From NCBI RefSeq assembly GCF_018350175.1, contig NC_058383.1, forward strand, positions 372,001 through 436,000: DNA of 64,000 bases. The letters run 5' to 3'. This document shows, piece by piece, positions 42,149 to 54,877 of this stretch. The notes beneath the pieces are model-generated. The model had not been told where the DNA came from and made no database searches. It was given only the letters and a program-made list of their open reading frames with translations. Every line of letters starts with the position of its first letter. Positions within the stretch are counted from its first letter, which is position 1. A program made the translations under genes and the position numbers. The stretch comes from Felis catus (taxonomy: Eukaryota).

Positions 42149-42729
42149 AATACAGCAAATGTGTATTGGGGTCCAGGTCCTCACACCCTGAGCTCGGCTG
42201 CCTGCCCACCCACCGTCCACAGAAGTCAGTCCTGGAGCTGGGAGCGCCCAGGGTGGCCCGTAGGCAAGCAGGAGGCGTGGGCCCGGGGGCAACCGCCCAT
42301 CCCACTCCGGCCGTGGCAGGCACTGACAAAGCTGGGAGGGGTCCCCAAAGACACGGGCTGGTCCCAGAGGGTGGCATCACATCTACATGGCACTGGCACC
42401 TGTGGGCACACCACGTTTGCCCCGCCCTGCTGGCCGCGGGGCCTGAATCCTCCCCCGGGAGCCCGCCTGGAGGCTCCCCAGACCTTCTCCGTGTGCAGCA
42501 CCGTGACGGAAGAGGGCACTGTGACAGGCCAGCCCCAAGGCTTCCAAGGAGAGCACGCCACCGAGGGCTCACGTAAACCCTGCAGCATGAGAACGCCTGG
42601 GAGCAGAGGGCGCTGGAAATCAGAGCCCCCAGTGCCTCCTGGGCACCCCCTCTCATGCTCCCAGCCCCACCGCTGCCCCAGGACCATCACTTTCCGTGTG
42701 CTCGGCACCTTGCAAAGCAGCCGAAATGA

Positions 42730-42870
42730 ACTGTTACTGGTCTCTAAAGCAACACGGCCAGGTCGATTTTCTTTTCCTCGTTTCACAGATGGGGAAACTG
42801 AGGCTCCGTGAGGGTCTGACACTGGGCCCCAAAGTCAGCTCAGGTTCCCAGAACGGCCAGCTGTTCACTG
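42730..42870. mobile_element. MIR fragment (one of several; others near 15800, 30830, 36450 and 39920)
   Basis: MIR core tttcacagatggggaaactgaggctc. Confidence 0.6.
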
Positions 42871-43469
42871 AGGGGCAGGAGGGCTCCTCCACGTCCCTGA
42901 GCCCCACCCGGGCCGCGCTCAGGTGCGGGAGGCCTGCCCATAGCCCAACTACAAAAGAGCCTTAGGCTGCAAGGAAGTAAATGGGGGACGTGGCTCCCGC
43001 TCCCTGCCTAGCACAGGCTTCCAGCCCGGCGCTCGCCCGATGGCCGGCACCCGCGTACCTCTGGCCCTGCCCGCCACCCTTCTCCGGTCTCCCGCTTCGG
43101 TCCCTGTCCCTGCCACGTGGGGAGGAGGAGAGTGCCCAGGAGGGCCTGCCGTGGTTCCACGAGAGGGAGCAGACAGCTCCGTGGCCCGGACGGTGCGTCC
43201 CCCCCACCCCAGGCCTCCCCGAGGGAACGGAGTGCTGGTGTCGCGGCCTCTGACTCAGGGCCAGTTGGTGCTGCACACGGCTCCAGCCCCCCCTTACCCC
43301 CCGTCCAACCACCATTGGTCCAGTACAGTTGGCCAGGCGGCTTCTGCAGGACCCGCTGGCGACCCAGCGGACATCACCAGAGGTGACCAACCCATGCGTA
43401 TGGCACAAACTAGGCCACTCCAGACAGGGACGGACGGGGAAGGGACAGAGGTAGGAGAGACCCTGCTCC

Positions 43470-43745
43470 CAAGTTCCTGGGTGGAGGCCTGACCCCCACT
43501 GTAAGTGCATTTGGAGATGGACCTTTAAGGGGGCAATAAGGTTGAGTGAGGTCAAGAGCTGGGGCCCCAATCTGCTAGGACTGGCCTCCTCGTAAGAGGA
43601 GGGGAGTCTTCCTCCCCGCACAAGCAGAGGACAGGCCACATGGGGACAGGTAGGAGACAGCCACCTGCAGGCCAGCAGGGGACCCCACCAGGAGCCGCAC
43701 CTGCTCTAAGAGCCCGTGCGTAAGCTGCCTGGTATGTGGGGCTCC
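43470..43745. mobile_element. MLT1A-like MaLR LTR fragment
   Basis: catttggagatggacctttaagggggcaataaggttgagtgaggtca...ggggccccaatc..aggactggcctcctcgtaagaggagg. Confidence 0.65.
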
Positions 43746-43899
43746 CGGGGCGCCTGTGGCATAACAGGAAATACACTTTGGTCTTTTTTCTTGGGTCCCA
43801 ACACAGAACCCCAGGTCTTTTGGAGTTTCCTGAGCAAAGACAGAAGGAAAAAGGTGACCAGAAAGAGTGAGCGTGCGGTTGTCACACAGATTCAGGTCT

Positions 43900-44346
43900 G
43901 GGCCCGTCTCTGTGGCCCGGACTCCTCTTGGTCCAGGACGGGGCACACCCTTGCACGTGGGGGTTCCCCTTCTCAGCACGAACGTCCCTGGCAAACGGGT
44001 AAGTTCCACTCCACTTCAGAGTATCTCCTGTGTCTGCTGACTCTCAAAACAACCAGCTCGAGGGGCGCCTGGGTGGCGCAGTCGGTTAAGCGTCCGATTT
44101 CAGCCAGGTCACGATCTCGCGGTCCGTGAGTTCGAGCCCCGCGTCGGGCTCTGGGCTGATGGCTCAGAGCCTGGAGCCTGTTTCCGATTCTGTGTCTCCC
44201 TCTCTCTCTGCCCCTCCCCCATTCATGCTCTGTCTCTCTCTGTCTCAAAAATAAACGTAAAAAAAAAAAAAAAAAAACAACCAGCTCGAAACAATCCTCA
44301 CGCCAAAGAGGCCCATCTCGGGGTGACATAATCTGCCGCCCTTCAA
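43900..44346. mobile_element. ERV1-class LTR fragment interrupted by the young SINE
   Basis: Rejoined flanks read ...ccagctcgaaacaatcctcacgccaaagaggcccatctcggggtgacataatctgccgcccttca, similar to recalled MER34-group LTR termini. Confidence 0.45.
44062..44273 (+). mobile_element. Young full-length SINEC_Fc
   Basis: ggggcgcctgggtggcgcagtcggttaagcgtccga head, intact B box gagttcgagccc, poly(A). Perfect 16-bp TSD aaaacaaccagctcga at 44046-44061 and 44274-44289. Confidence 0.96.
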
Positions 44347-44479
44347 AAGCCAGGCAGCATCACTGGAACCAGAACATGCAGGTGCCTCAGAGGAAGCCCA
44401 GCGCAGGCTGGCAGTGAGAGCAGACTGTGGGCACAGGGACGTCCCTGTTCACCCAGGCTCAGCTCAGGACACGGCGTGA

Positions 44480-44730
44480 CAAAGCGGGGATTCGCAGCCA
44501 CAGAGCAGGGGGTCAGTGGGCTGGAAATTACTAAGGAGGCATGGGGTCAGGATTCTCGCTGAAGCGGGCCGGGGGGACCAGACACCCCCTGGGGGATGGG
44601 GACCCGATCCGACATCCAGGGCGAGGCTCTCACTAAACTGACTTAGAAGGGTCCTTGTTAAAATCGGCCAGTGCGAAGCCGACGCACAAGTCCGAAGGCC
44701 GAGGCCGCTTGGGAAGAGGGCCTCTCAGGC
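44480..44730. mobile_element. MER31-like ERV1 LTR fragment
   Basis: ggaaattactaagg...ggattctcgctgaag...ctaaactgacttagaagggtccttgttaaaa resembles recalled MER31. Confidence 0.45.
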
Positions 44731-47728
44731 AGAAAGGAGGCTCCTCGTCCCCGCGACACAGGGAAGCACTTTCCCAAGGCTCAGCCACTGGGATACGACG
44801 GGCACGACGCCAGAAGCCACATTCCCTCAACGGCCCAGCAGGCCGACCGCCCCCCGAGGAGCCTACCGGGCCTGGGTGAGGACACGGGCCCTGAACAGCC
44901 TGTGCCCAGGAGGACGTGCCAGAGACCAGCAGACCAGGAAGAAAATCAAGACGGGGGGAAAGCAGGAACAGGGAGGGATGCGCGCCTGGATCGGTGGGCA
45001 GAACGGGGGCGGGAGGGCCGCGTCCAGGAAGACGTGGAACAGCGAGGAACCAGCTCTTCGGTTGTTTCGAGGAACCAGAAGAGACAACAGCACAGCCCAG
45101 CCGGTGACGAGCACCTTCCGGGAACCAGGCAGACAGGAAAGTTCTGTCCAGAGGATCCTTCTGTCCAGAGGATCAGCTCCTCGGGAGAGGATGTACAATT
45201 ACGGGAACTCACGACTCAGCTCTGGACGGTATTTACAGACATGCCCCACATTATTGTTCCAAAGAAAGCACAGTGGTGTGACCGAGGCGGGCCGGGGCCG
45301 GGGAGGACGTGGTCTGAGCGCTAAGCCCTCTCTGCAAGACGCAAAGTCGACAGGTGTTAGGTGAAACTTAAAATATAAAGTTTAACATACGCCTGTCAAG
45401 CACGGAGGTAACACAAAAATGGAAGCGAGCACATCCAGGGAAACGGGCGGGACTCCCCAGGGACGCGGTGGTGGGAGCAGGAGGGAAGGAACAGGCTCTG
45501 CTGTTCTGTGCGGCCTGATGGTGGGGTTACGCAAGGCTTCGTAAGGTGCGCCCATCAGCTTCTTTGGCACACGTCCGGAATGCGGGTGAAGATACAGGGG
45601 GAGGAGGTGGGGTCAGGGGCTGGGCTGCAGGCCTGGAGGCCGTAGGGTCAGCACCGCCCGAGAGAACCCCCCGCCCAACTATGCCATTTTACAGCTGTCA
45701 CAACTGAGTCCCCGACCGGAGAAATGACTTTCCTGAATCCGACACGGTGAGCGAGAGGTGTTCGGGGCCTGGATCGGCCAGACCCTTAGACGCAGGAGAC
45801 CCTCTTTCTGTCTTTAAGCTCAGACCACACCTTGCCCCTACACACCATCAGCTGCTGAGAGAGAACACAGACCCACACCCAGACCGGCCTGCCCCGGGAC
45901 TCCTATGAAACCTCGTGGGGTGGAGAGAGGCGGGGGCAGAGGCAGCCGGTCCCGAACAAAATGAAGAAAAAGGGCTTTCCACAAAACTCCTCTTGGTGCA
46001 AGTCGGGTCTCCTGGGGGCGTCACCCAGCCTGCCTAGTCCACAGACTGGACAGAAATGTCAAGAGGGGCCCAGGAGAAAGTGCGGGCGGGAACTCAAACA
46101 TGATGTAAACAGAAACAAAAACAAAAAACAGGGTGGTGGTGTGTGGGGGTCAAAACCAGTGCCCCCTCAGTGGGCCGGGGGACTCATTCTGGAGAAGTGA
46201 GGGGCAGGTGGGAAGGCGGGGGGTGGGGGGGCACCCAGACAGAGGCCGCAGGCTCTTGGCTCGGACCACTACCCAAATTAAAGGAAGTAAATAAACAAGG
46301 AAACCAATGTGTAACGAGGGACCCTCAGGAGGGGACAACATGGCTGCAGTGCAGGTGGGTGGACCCCCTCTTGTTTCCAGGCCCCCCCATCCAGAAGCCT
46401 GAGATGCACGAACAGCAAAGGACACCCCCATGGCCCACAGAAGGGTGACAAAGGAGCCTCACGGGCTGCAGGACTCCTCCCCGCCCCCGGTGGCCCCCAC
46501 AGTGTACCTGGCACCCGGTCACCTGGGAGTAAGCTGAATGCACAGACCCCTGGGGCCAGAGCCCCAAAGGCCAAGCCCCCAGGCAGAGGAGCTGTCCTCA
46601 CCCCACTGGGACAGGGTGAACACGGTACCCAGCGCCCAGGTGGCCCGGCCACAGTGCCTCGCCCAAGGGGCTCCCACCTGCCCTCACACGTCCCTCCCAC
46701 ACCCTGGCCAGTCTCCCAGGGAAACCCCTCCACGTGTCCCTGAGGGACACCCCTCCCAGAGGGACCTTAACAGAAGAGGCGAGCAGAGGAGGCCTCGAGC
46801 AGCCTCCGCCTGGGTGTGGGCTGTGGTGGGTGGTGAAGGACGACACGCCTCTGACCCCAGAGTCCCCGCGTCGCGAGGAAGGCCCCACGTGCGCAGAGGG
46901 CTCTCCCCACTCTGCTTGCAGCTGGCTCTGGGAAGGAGGGGGCTCAGAGCCCGCTGGCAGCTGCCCGCCTGGGAAGTGGGTACGGTGTCCACCCCGTCTC
47001 AGTGGGGTGAGGACAGCTCCTGGCCTGGCGGTCTGAACGGGAACAGTGGGCTGAAACCTTTAAAGAGGCCAACCGCAGGTCAGACCGGATGGGGTACAGC
47101 AGGTGCGGGGCCCCGACCAGGCTAGCCTGCGGTAGGAGACCACTCCCCACCACTGGCCGCCGTGGCCAGATATGTCCCGCGGTCACCATCGTTCGGGAAA
47201 GGCCCCAGGAAAGGCCTGGGGAGGCCTGCACCAAGGACACTCCCCATGCCTGGTCCACTTGCACCACCTGGAGGAGAGCCCGCGAACAGCAAGACCCGCT
47301 CTAAAAGGCAGTGACCCCAATCCAGGGCCTCAGAGCGGAGGGGCCGTGGGGACGCTCATCTGCCGGGCAGGTGGGTCCTCAGCCAGCCACCTGAGCACCA
47401 ACCAGGCCCGCCTGTCCTACAGCGACCAGGACTTGGTGGCCCTAGGCAAGGGGCCTCTTCATTGTCCCAGGAGGATCGGTACGGTGCCTGCCACTCAAAA
47501 ACTACCCCCGAATGGATGAATTATCCTCACCGAGAATTGAGTGCAAGTTCTGTGCACCAGTAAACACATACAGACACTCTCTTCAACACAGAAGAAGTCT
47601 GGGGCTCATGGGGAGGGCAGTGGAAGCTATGGACGCACCACCTCCATGGTGCCACAGGGGTTTTGCACAGCCTCCCATCCTAGCGCTCTCTGCCCCACAC
47701 CAACCATATTTTTATTCATTCCTATTCT

Positions 47729-49727
47729 TTTTTTTTCAATATATGAAATTTATTGTCAAATTGGTTTCCATACAACACCCAGTGCTCATCCCAAAAGGGG
47801 CCCTCCTCACTACCCATCACCCACCCTCCCCTCCCTCCCACCCCCCATCAACCCTCAGTTTGTTCTCAGCTTTTAACAGTCTCTTATGCTTTGGCTCTCT
47901 CCCACTCTAACCTCCTTTTTTTTTTTTCTTCCTCTCCCCCATGGGTTTCTGTTAAGTTTCTCAGGATCCACCTAAGAGTGAAAACATACGGTATCTGTCT
48001 TTCTCTGTATGGCTTATTTCACTTAGCATCACACTCTCCAGTTCCATCCGTGTTGCTACAAAGGGCCATATTTCATTCTTTCTCATTGCCACGTAGTACT
48101 CTATTGTGTATATAAACCACAATTTCTTAACCATTCATCAGTTGATGGACATTTAGGCTCTTTCCATAATTTGGCTATTGTTGAGAGTGCTGCTATAAAC
48201 ATTGGGGTACAAGTGTCCCTATGCATCAGTACTCCCATATCCCTTGGGTAAATTCCTAGCAGTGCTACTGCTGGGTCATAGGGTAGGTCTATTTTTAATT
48301 TTTTGAGGAACCTCCACACTGTTTTCCAGAGTGGCTGCACCAGTTTGCATTCCCACCAACAGTGCAAGAGGGTTCCCATTTCTCCACATCCTCTCCAGCA
48401 TCTATAGTCTCCCGATTTGTTCATTTTGGCCACTCTGACTGGCGTGAGGTGATACCTGAGTGTGGTTTTGATTTGTATTTCCCTGATGAGGAGCGACATT
48501 GAGCATCTTTGCATGTGCCTGTTGGCCATCTGGATGTCTTCTTTAGAGAAGTGTCGATTCATGTTTTCTGCCCATTTCTTCACTGGGTTATTTGTTTTTC
48601 GGGTGTGGAGTTTGGTGAGCTCTTTATAGATTTTGGATACTAGCCCTTTGTCCGATATGTCATTTGCAAATATTTTTTCCCATTCCGTGGGTTGCCTTTT
48701 AGTTTGGTTGGTTGTTTCCTTTGCTGTCCAGAAGCTTTTGATCTTCATAAGGTCCCAGTAATTCATTTTTGCTTTTAATTCCCTTGCCTTTGGGGATGTG
48801 TCGAGTAAGAGATTGCTACGGCTGAGGTCAGAGAGGTCTTTTCCTGCTTTCTCCTCTAGGGTTTGGATGGTTTCCTGTCCCACATTCAGGTCCTTTATCC
48901 ATTTTGAGTTTATTTTTGTGAATGGTGTGAGAAAGTGGTCTAGTTTCAACCTTCTGCATGTTGCTGTCCAGTTCTCCCAGCACCATTTGTTAAAGAGGCT
49001 GTCTTTTTTCCATTGGATGTTCTTTCCTGCTTTGTCAAAGATGAGTTGGCCATACGTTTGTGGGTCTAATTCTGGGGTTTCTATTCTATTCCATTGATCT
49101 GTGTGTCTGTTCTTGTGCCAATACCATGCTGTCTTGATGATTACAGCTTTGTAGTAGAGGCTAAAGTCTGGGATTGTGATGCCTCCTGCTTTGGTCTTCT
49201 TCTTCAAAATTACTTTGGCTATTCGGGGCCTTTTGTGGTTCCATATGAATTTTAGGATTGCTAGTTCTAGTTTCGAGAAGAATGCGGGTGCAATTTTGAT
49301 TGGGATTGCATTGAATGTGTAGATAGCTTTGGGTAGTATTGACATTTTGACAATATTTATTCTTCCAATCCATGAGCATGGAATGTTTTTCCATTTCTTT
49401 GTATCTTCTTCAATTTCCTTCATAAGCTTTCTATAGTTTTCAGCATACAGATTTTGTACATCTTTGGTTAGGTTTATTCCTAGGTATTTTATGCTTCTTG
49501 GTGCAATTGTGAATGGGATCAGTTTCTTTATTTGTCTTTCTGTTGCTTCGTTGTTAGTGTATAAGAATGCAACTGATTTCTGTACATTGATTTTGTATCC
49601 TGCAACTTTGCTGAATTTGTGTATCAGTTCTAGCAGACTTCTGGTGGAGTCTATCGGATTTTCCATGTATAGTATGTCATCTGCAAAAAGTGAAGGCTTG
49701 ACTTCATCTTTGCCAATTTTGATGCTG
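47729..49727 (-). mobile_element. 5'-truncated feline LINE-1 (L1_Fc-like): 3' part of ORF2 and 3' UTR
   Basis: The 48101-49732 ORF is L1 ORF2 (FADD RT motif, YLGINLTK, C-terminal CCHC region). Poly(T) at the left end; 14-bp TSD ttcattcctattct at 47715-47728 and 49728-49741. Confidence 0.97.
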
Positions 49728-50159
49728 TTCATTCCTATTCTGAGTGCTGTTCAAACATTCCATCAGTGGAGGGGAGTGCCCTGGTCCTTCTCCCCAGTGC
49801 CTCAGTATGTCCTGTCACAGGGCTCCTCCCTCTTTTTGAGACTCCCTGCTCCCCCACTGGGCTGGGAATGGAGACCACCTACTCCCCCACTAGGCTGGGA
49901 TTGTTTTCTGCTCAGCCTGGCTCCCAGCACATAGTAGGTCCTCACTGAACATTTCAGATGAGCAACGTCGCGTGGTTCAGTCCCCACCAACCTCCTCCCA
50001 GCCCCCCACTTGTCTTGTGCACTGAACTTGTAACATTCCTCCAAGGCACCTCCCTGTCCCACACTGAGCCCTGGCACCCAACAGCTGGGTCCTCAGCACT
50101 TGCTGATTCTCCACTCCACGCCATCCCCACTGCTGGAGTCAAGGGTTCCCACTTCTCAT

Positions 50160-50670
50160 GGTAGTAGCAGCCCCCGTGTGGGCACCGTGTGGTCCACGCC
50201 TCCTGCTGTTCACGCCCCTGTGGGCCCCCCCCAAGGTGGCACCCAGGTTGGTCTGAGAGGCCAGTAGAATACAGGTCACTTCCAAAACTAGGATACAGAA
50301 GACACTAGGCTTCTGCCTCTCCTCCTCTCAGATCTCCTGTGCAGGGGAAGTTACCCGCCTTGTTGGGAGTGGCTTGATGGACAGGCCTGCGTGGTGAGGA
50401 CCTGAGCGCCCCACCCCCACCCCTGCCAGCAGCTGGCACCAGACAGCAGGCATGGGGGAGGCTTCTCGGAACGGGAGCCCCAAAGAGCCTTCAGACGACA
50501 CAACCCTGGGTGACACCTTAACTGCGGCCGCATGAGAGACCCCGAGTGAAACCAGTCAGCTAAGCCACAGCAGATTTGACTCTCAGAAACCCTGCAAGAC
50601 GTCAGATGTTTGTTAGCTTAACCCACTAAGTCTGGAGTGGTTTATCACGCAGCGTAGATAACAAAATACA
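50160..50670. mobile_element. MLT1F/G/H-like MaLR LTR
   Basis: gagccttcagacgacacaaccctgggtgacacctt...agctaagccac...cccactaagtctggagtggtttatcacgcagcgtagataacaaaataca. Confidence 0.7.
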
Positions 50671-51605
50671 CTGTGTCAAAACTTTTACATTAATTGCAAA
50701 CACTTTTCCATCTATGCACAGTTGCTCAAAGCTGGCTTGTCAGGAGCAGAAGGGCTCACCCTGTCTACATTTCTACTCGTAGCTAGCTATCCCTGTTTCT
50801 AGTGAGCTACTGCATACGTCCTTGCAATGAGCAAAACGCAGGACAGTCTGTTCTCCACCACAGCACACTCTGCAATATGCCTGCAGCCTGCTGGCAGCCT
50901 CACGGCCAGAGGCAGGCCTTCCTTCGTTCTACCGGACCTGTGGCTCCTCCGTAGGGAGTGGTCCCCTTGTGAGCCTCCGTCCTGTGACCTGAGCAGATCT
51001 GACCTTGCTTCCAGGCACCAGGGCTGGCATTTCCAGGGCGAGAACTGCAATCCCCCGGCTGCAATGGTTGGAGGACAGCGGTGACCCTAGCCAGCCAGTG
51101 GGAAGCGACACAAGGCACTTCCTGAGCCATCACAGAGGGGCTCTCCGTGGGCAGGAGCGAGCGTGAGGCACACCCTCCCCCTTTGGGGGCAGGATTTATG
51201 GAATTAGCTATGTTCTTTCTTTGGCTAAAGTGTGGGGTTCCAGGGTCCATGCATCACCCACTGGAAGCTGGGAGCAAAAAAACCAAATCCCCCCCCCCCC
51301 TTCCTGGCTCCAGGGGGCTCCAGCACAGCCACTCAGACAACAGTGCAAGCTGCCGTGTGCGTGCCGCGTCGGAGAACTTCTCTCACAAGGTCAGGAACGT
51401 GGCACGCACCCCACCACCACCAGCTGAGCAGGAGCAAGCCTTGAAGGCAGATTCTGCCCTTTCAGGTTGGCACCTGATTTTTAAGGAGACTTAGCAGGAA
51501 TAGGTCTACAGGCACACATCGGAGGATCCGCAGAGTGAGGCTCCTGAAATTATTTGCGTTTAAAATGTGACTTATACGCGAATTCTGACACATTCAACAT
51601 TCTTT

Positions 51606-51815
51606 TTTTTTTTTTTACATTTATTTATTTTTGAGAGACAGAGAAACAGAGCGCACATGGGGAGGGGCAGAGAGAGGAGGAGACAGAATCCAAAGCAGGC
51701 TCCAGGCTCCGAGCCGTCGGCACAGAGCCCGACGCGGGGCTCGAACCCACAAACCGTGAGATCGTGACCCAAGCCGAAGTCAGACGCTCAACCGACTGAG
51801 CCACCCGGGCGCCCC
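51606..51815 (-). mobile_element. SINEC_Fc-type SINE
   Basis: Reverse-oriented head (...ctgagccacccgggcgcccc). TSD acattcaaca(t/c)tcttt at 51590-51605 and 51816-51831. Confidence 0.94.
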
Positions 51816-52416
51816 ACATTCAACACTCTTTACCGTGAAAAATCGAATTCTTGAAGAATACTATGTGTTGGTATGGTTCCTGCCTTCCGAAATCGAAAGG
51901 ATATGTTCCAGCACGTGATTTTTATTTTCATACCTTTCTGTATCTTTTAAACTTTCTGTAACAACTTGCAATCATGAGCAAGCTGTAACAAAATGCTCTG
52001 GAGACCCTCTGAAAGCCCTGTGTTCCCCTCTCCCTCCCCACCCTCTTTCTCTCTGCTCCAAATACGAGTTTATCAAGCACTGCGTTGCCACTCTGGGTGT
52101 GGTGGTGAGGCCCACCGAGGCGCTAATGCTGGTCTCAGACAGGGTTCCCGCAGCTGGTGCCCCGAGGTTCCCTGCACACTCCCATTCCGTGTCCTCCCAC
52201 AGCCCCCTGGACACATGTGTGGGCGCACCCCAGGCCGCCTTCTGACACCCACAGTTGCTGTCACCTTCCTGGAGGGCCTGGGTTCAAACCCCCTCCCCAC
52301 CACACACAGATAGTGTGACGTGGGGGGACACTGTGAGCCAGGAATGGCCAGGAGGGTTACTCAAGGGTCCGTCCTGAGAAGTAAGTCAGTTAATATATGT
52401 AAAAAAAAAATCTTAG

Positions 52417-52633
52417 GGGGCGCCTGGGTGGCGCAGTCAGTTAAGCGTCCGACTTCAGCCAGGTCACAATCTCGCGGTCCGTGAGTTCGAGCCCCGCGTC
52501 AGGCTCTGGGCTGATGGCTCAGAGCCTGGAGCCTGTTTCCGATTCTGTGTCTCCCTCTCTCTCTGCCCCTCCCCCGTTCATGCTCTGTCTCTCTCTGTCC
52601 CAAAAATAAATAAAAACGTGGGGAAAAAAATTA
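52417..52633 (+). mobile_element. Young full-length SINEC_Fc
   Basis: ggggcgcctgggtggcgcagtcagttaagcgtccgac head. TSD aaaaaaaaaatcttagg at 52401-52417 and 52634-52650. Confidence 0.95.
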
Positions 52634-54877
52634 AAAAAAAAAATCTTAGGACGTTGCTGGTCCACGTTTGCTGCTGCTGTTACTATCATGAGTAGTATTT
52701 TCAGGACGTTTTGGCTCAAGATCAGAGAACCCTTCCTTCTCAGTGCCAGGCCCCAAATAACTAAGTTAATTTTCAAGTAAGTCAAGCACGTGTTTCAGAA
52801 TTCTAAGACCCCCAAATCTGTTAGAAAATTTCCTAACTGACCAACCAGTACTTTCTACGCAATCGACCAACAACGCATGTCGTTCCTTTAATGCTCTGAA
52901 GACTCCCCACCTGCCCCCTGCGACCTCAGGAGGAAAGTCCAAGACGGGGTCTCCCAGCACCTCGGTGGAGGTGAGGTGAGGGACCCTGCAGGCTTCTCCC
53001 TTTCCAGGCGGCTCCCTGACCAGACCGACACCTGCCGCCGCGCCCCCTGCCGGCCAGAGCGGGGAGGGGCCGCTGTGCCCAGGTGAGCAGGTGCTCTGCC
53101 CTCAGACAGGCCCGTTTCCCTGGAACCTCGGTTCTGTGACCGCCCAGAAACAGCCGTGACTCGGCAGTCTCACTGGCAAGTGGGGGGCGAGCGAAGCCAC
53201 GCAGTTTGTGACAACTGGTTCCACAACAATAGAAACAGTGATCAACGTGAATTCACGTAGTACGTTTATTACGCCAGAAACGCACGGTCCTTGTCAAAAC
53301 TAAGCTTCTATGGCTGGTTCTCTCCCCAGAGATCACCAGTGTTGTCGGCGTAGGGCGACTCGTTCCGCGTCTTTTTTTGAGAGAGGTGAGAGGCACGACT
53401 GATGCCCTGACCAGGCCACGTGCCAGTCCACGCAGAGTCGTGAACGGATTGAATGAATGGATACACAGAGAACTCAGAGCAGTCCTGGCCCACGAGAGTT
53501 GTTGAGAAAACTTTGGTCCTTGTGACCGCTGGGCATTTATATGCATGTACGGGCCCAAACGAAACAGGTGGCCATGTCTGGCTTAGCTTCTCGTGGGAGG
53601 CGTCAGACTGAAGGCAGGTTCAGCCGGTTGCTCCGAGAACTGTGCTCTCCTTGGTGGTGGCTTCCGTCTCTCGAGAGCTCAAATGGACTGCTCGTCCTCA
53701 CTGGTGGGTTTCAAAGCATCTGGCGGGTGACTGGGATGCTGGCTCCTGGATCCCAAGGGATGAGCCAGAACCAGACTATGAGCCCAGACAAGGTCTCAGA
53801 CCCACAGACGCGGAAGGGTGATCTGGTTTGCACCTCCAAACACAGACTCCACCAGAACCGGCCAACCGCTCGAGCGTGTCTGCCTGTTTTACACGGGTCG
53901 CAGCATCCCGCCAGGGCGGTCTGGGACCAAATCACACTCCACGTGAAGGAGCCCGGACGGCAGCCGGGAAGGACGGACGCACCACGCCATGCTATTCTGA
54001 TGCCGTTCTGCATCAGGTCCCGGAAGCGACACACAGACAGAGCGTGGGTCTTTGAGAATGCCAGCTCTTGAGTTCCAACTGCTTTCAAACTCGGGCTCTG
54101 CTCTTCAGCAGCTGTGGGCCTGGGATCCTTGTCATCTGTTTCTCTACAGGCCAGTATGTGGCCTTTCGGGGGGAAGGGATCGTTTTCAGAGGATGGGCCA
54201 GCACACATGGGTGTATAAAGGGCTAGGTGTGTGGCCCCAGCCTGGAGGAGACGGCTCCCCACAAGAGGTGAGGCAAAAGGGGAACATGGGGGTTCTGGGT
54301 TCCTCCAGCTCAGGGACCCCCCCCCCACCCCTTGTGAGGTTAGGGTTTGCGGTGGCCACAGGAGCCATTCGCTGAGATTTGGAAGGCTGGAGTGAAGTGG
54401 CCACCGTTGTTGCATGCTTGTCCATCATATGTGTGACAAAGGCTTCAAGGTCCTTAGCGTAAGCCCCAGTGAGCAGGGTCCCTGCTGCTGGCTGACCTCG
54501 CTGGCCGGGACGGGGCAGGCCTGGAGCTCTGCCAGCTGCTACCTCGTCTGTGTCCACTGCTCCTGACTGTGGGGCTCCCGGGAGAGCAAGTCTCAGAACC
54601 CAGCTGAGAATGCGCCCGAGCCTGACGGGAGGGAGGGAGGGAAGGACAAAGACAAGAACAGGGCTGGCAGGGGGCACGCCTAGACACAGGGATTCAGCAG
54701 AGAAAAGCCCCAGCTGGGCAGGGGCAATGGAAGTCCCTGCCTTTGGCACCCACTGGTGACCGCTCTGTCTCGAGTTTGCTCCTCATGGGTGGCCCCTTCG
54801 GGCCTCAGCGCCGTGATGGTAGTGGGGGTGGGGGTAGGCAGAGGGTCTCCAGGACCACTGCAGGGTTACGTAGTCGA

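Noticed and set aside
44062..44150. tRNA gene
   Set aside because: A/B boxes belong to the tRNA-derived Can-SINE head, followed by a CT tract, poly(A) and TSD.
48101..49732. 543-aa ORF as a host gene or active reverse transcriptase
   Set aside because: 5'-truncated L1 ORF2 lacking promoter, ORF1, endonuclease and the N-terminal RT.
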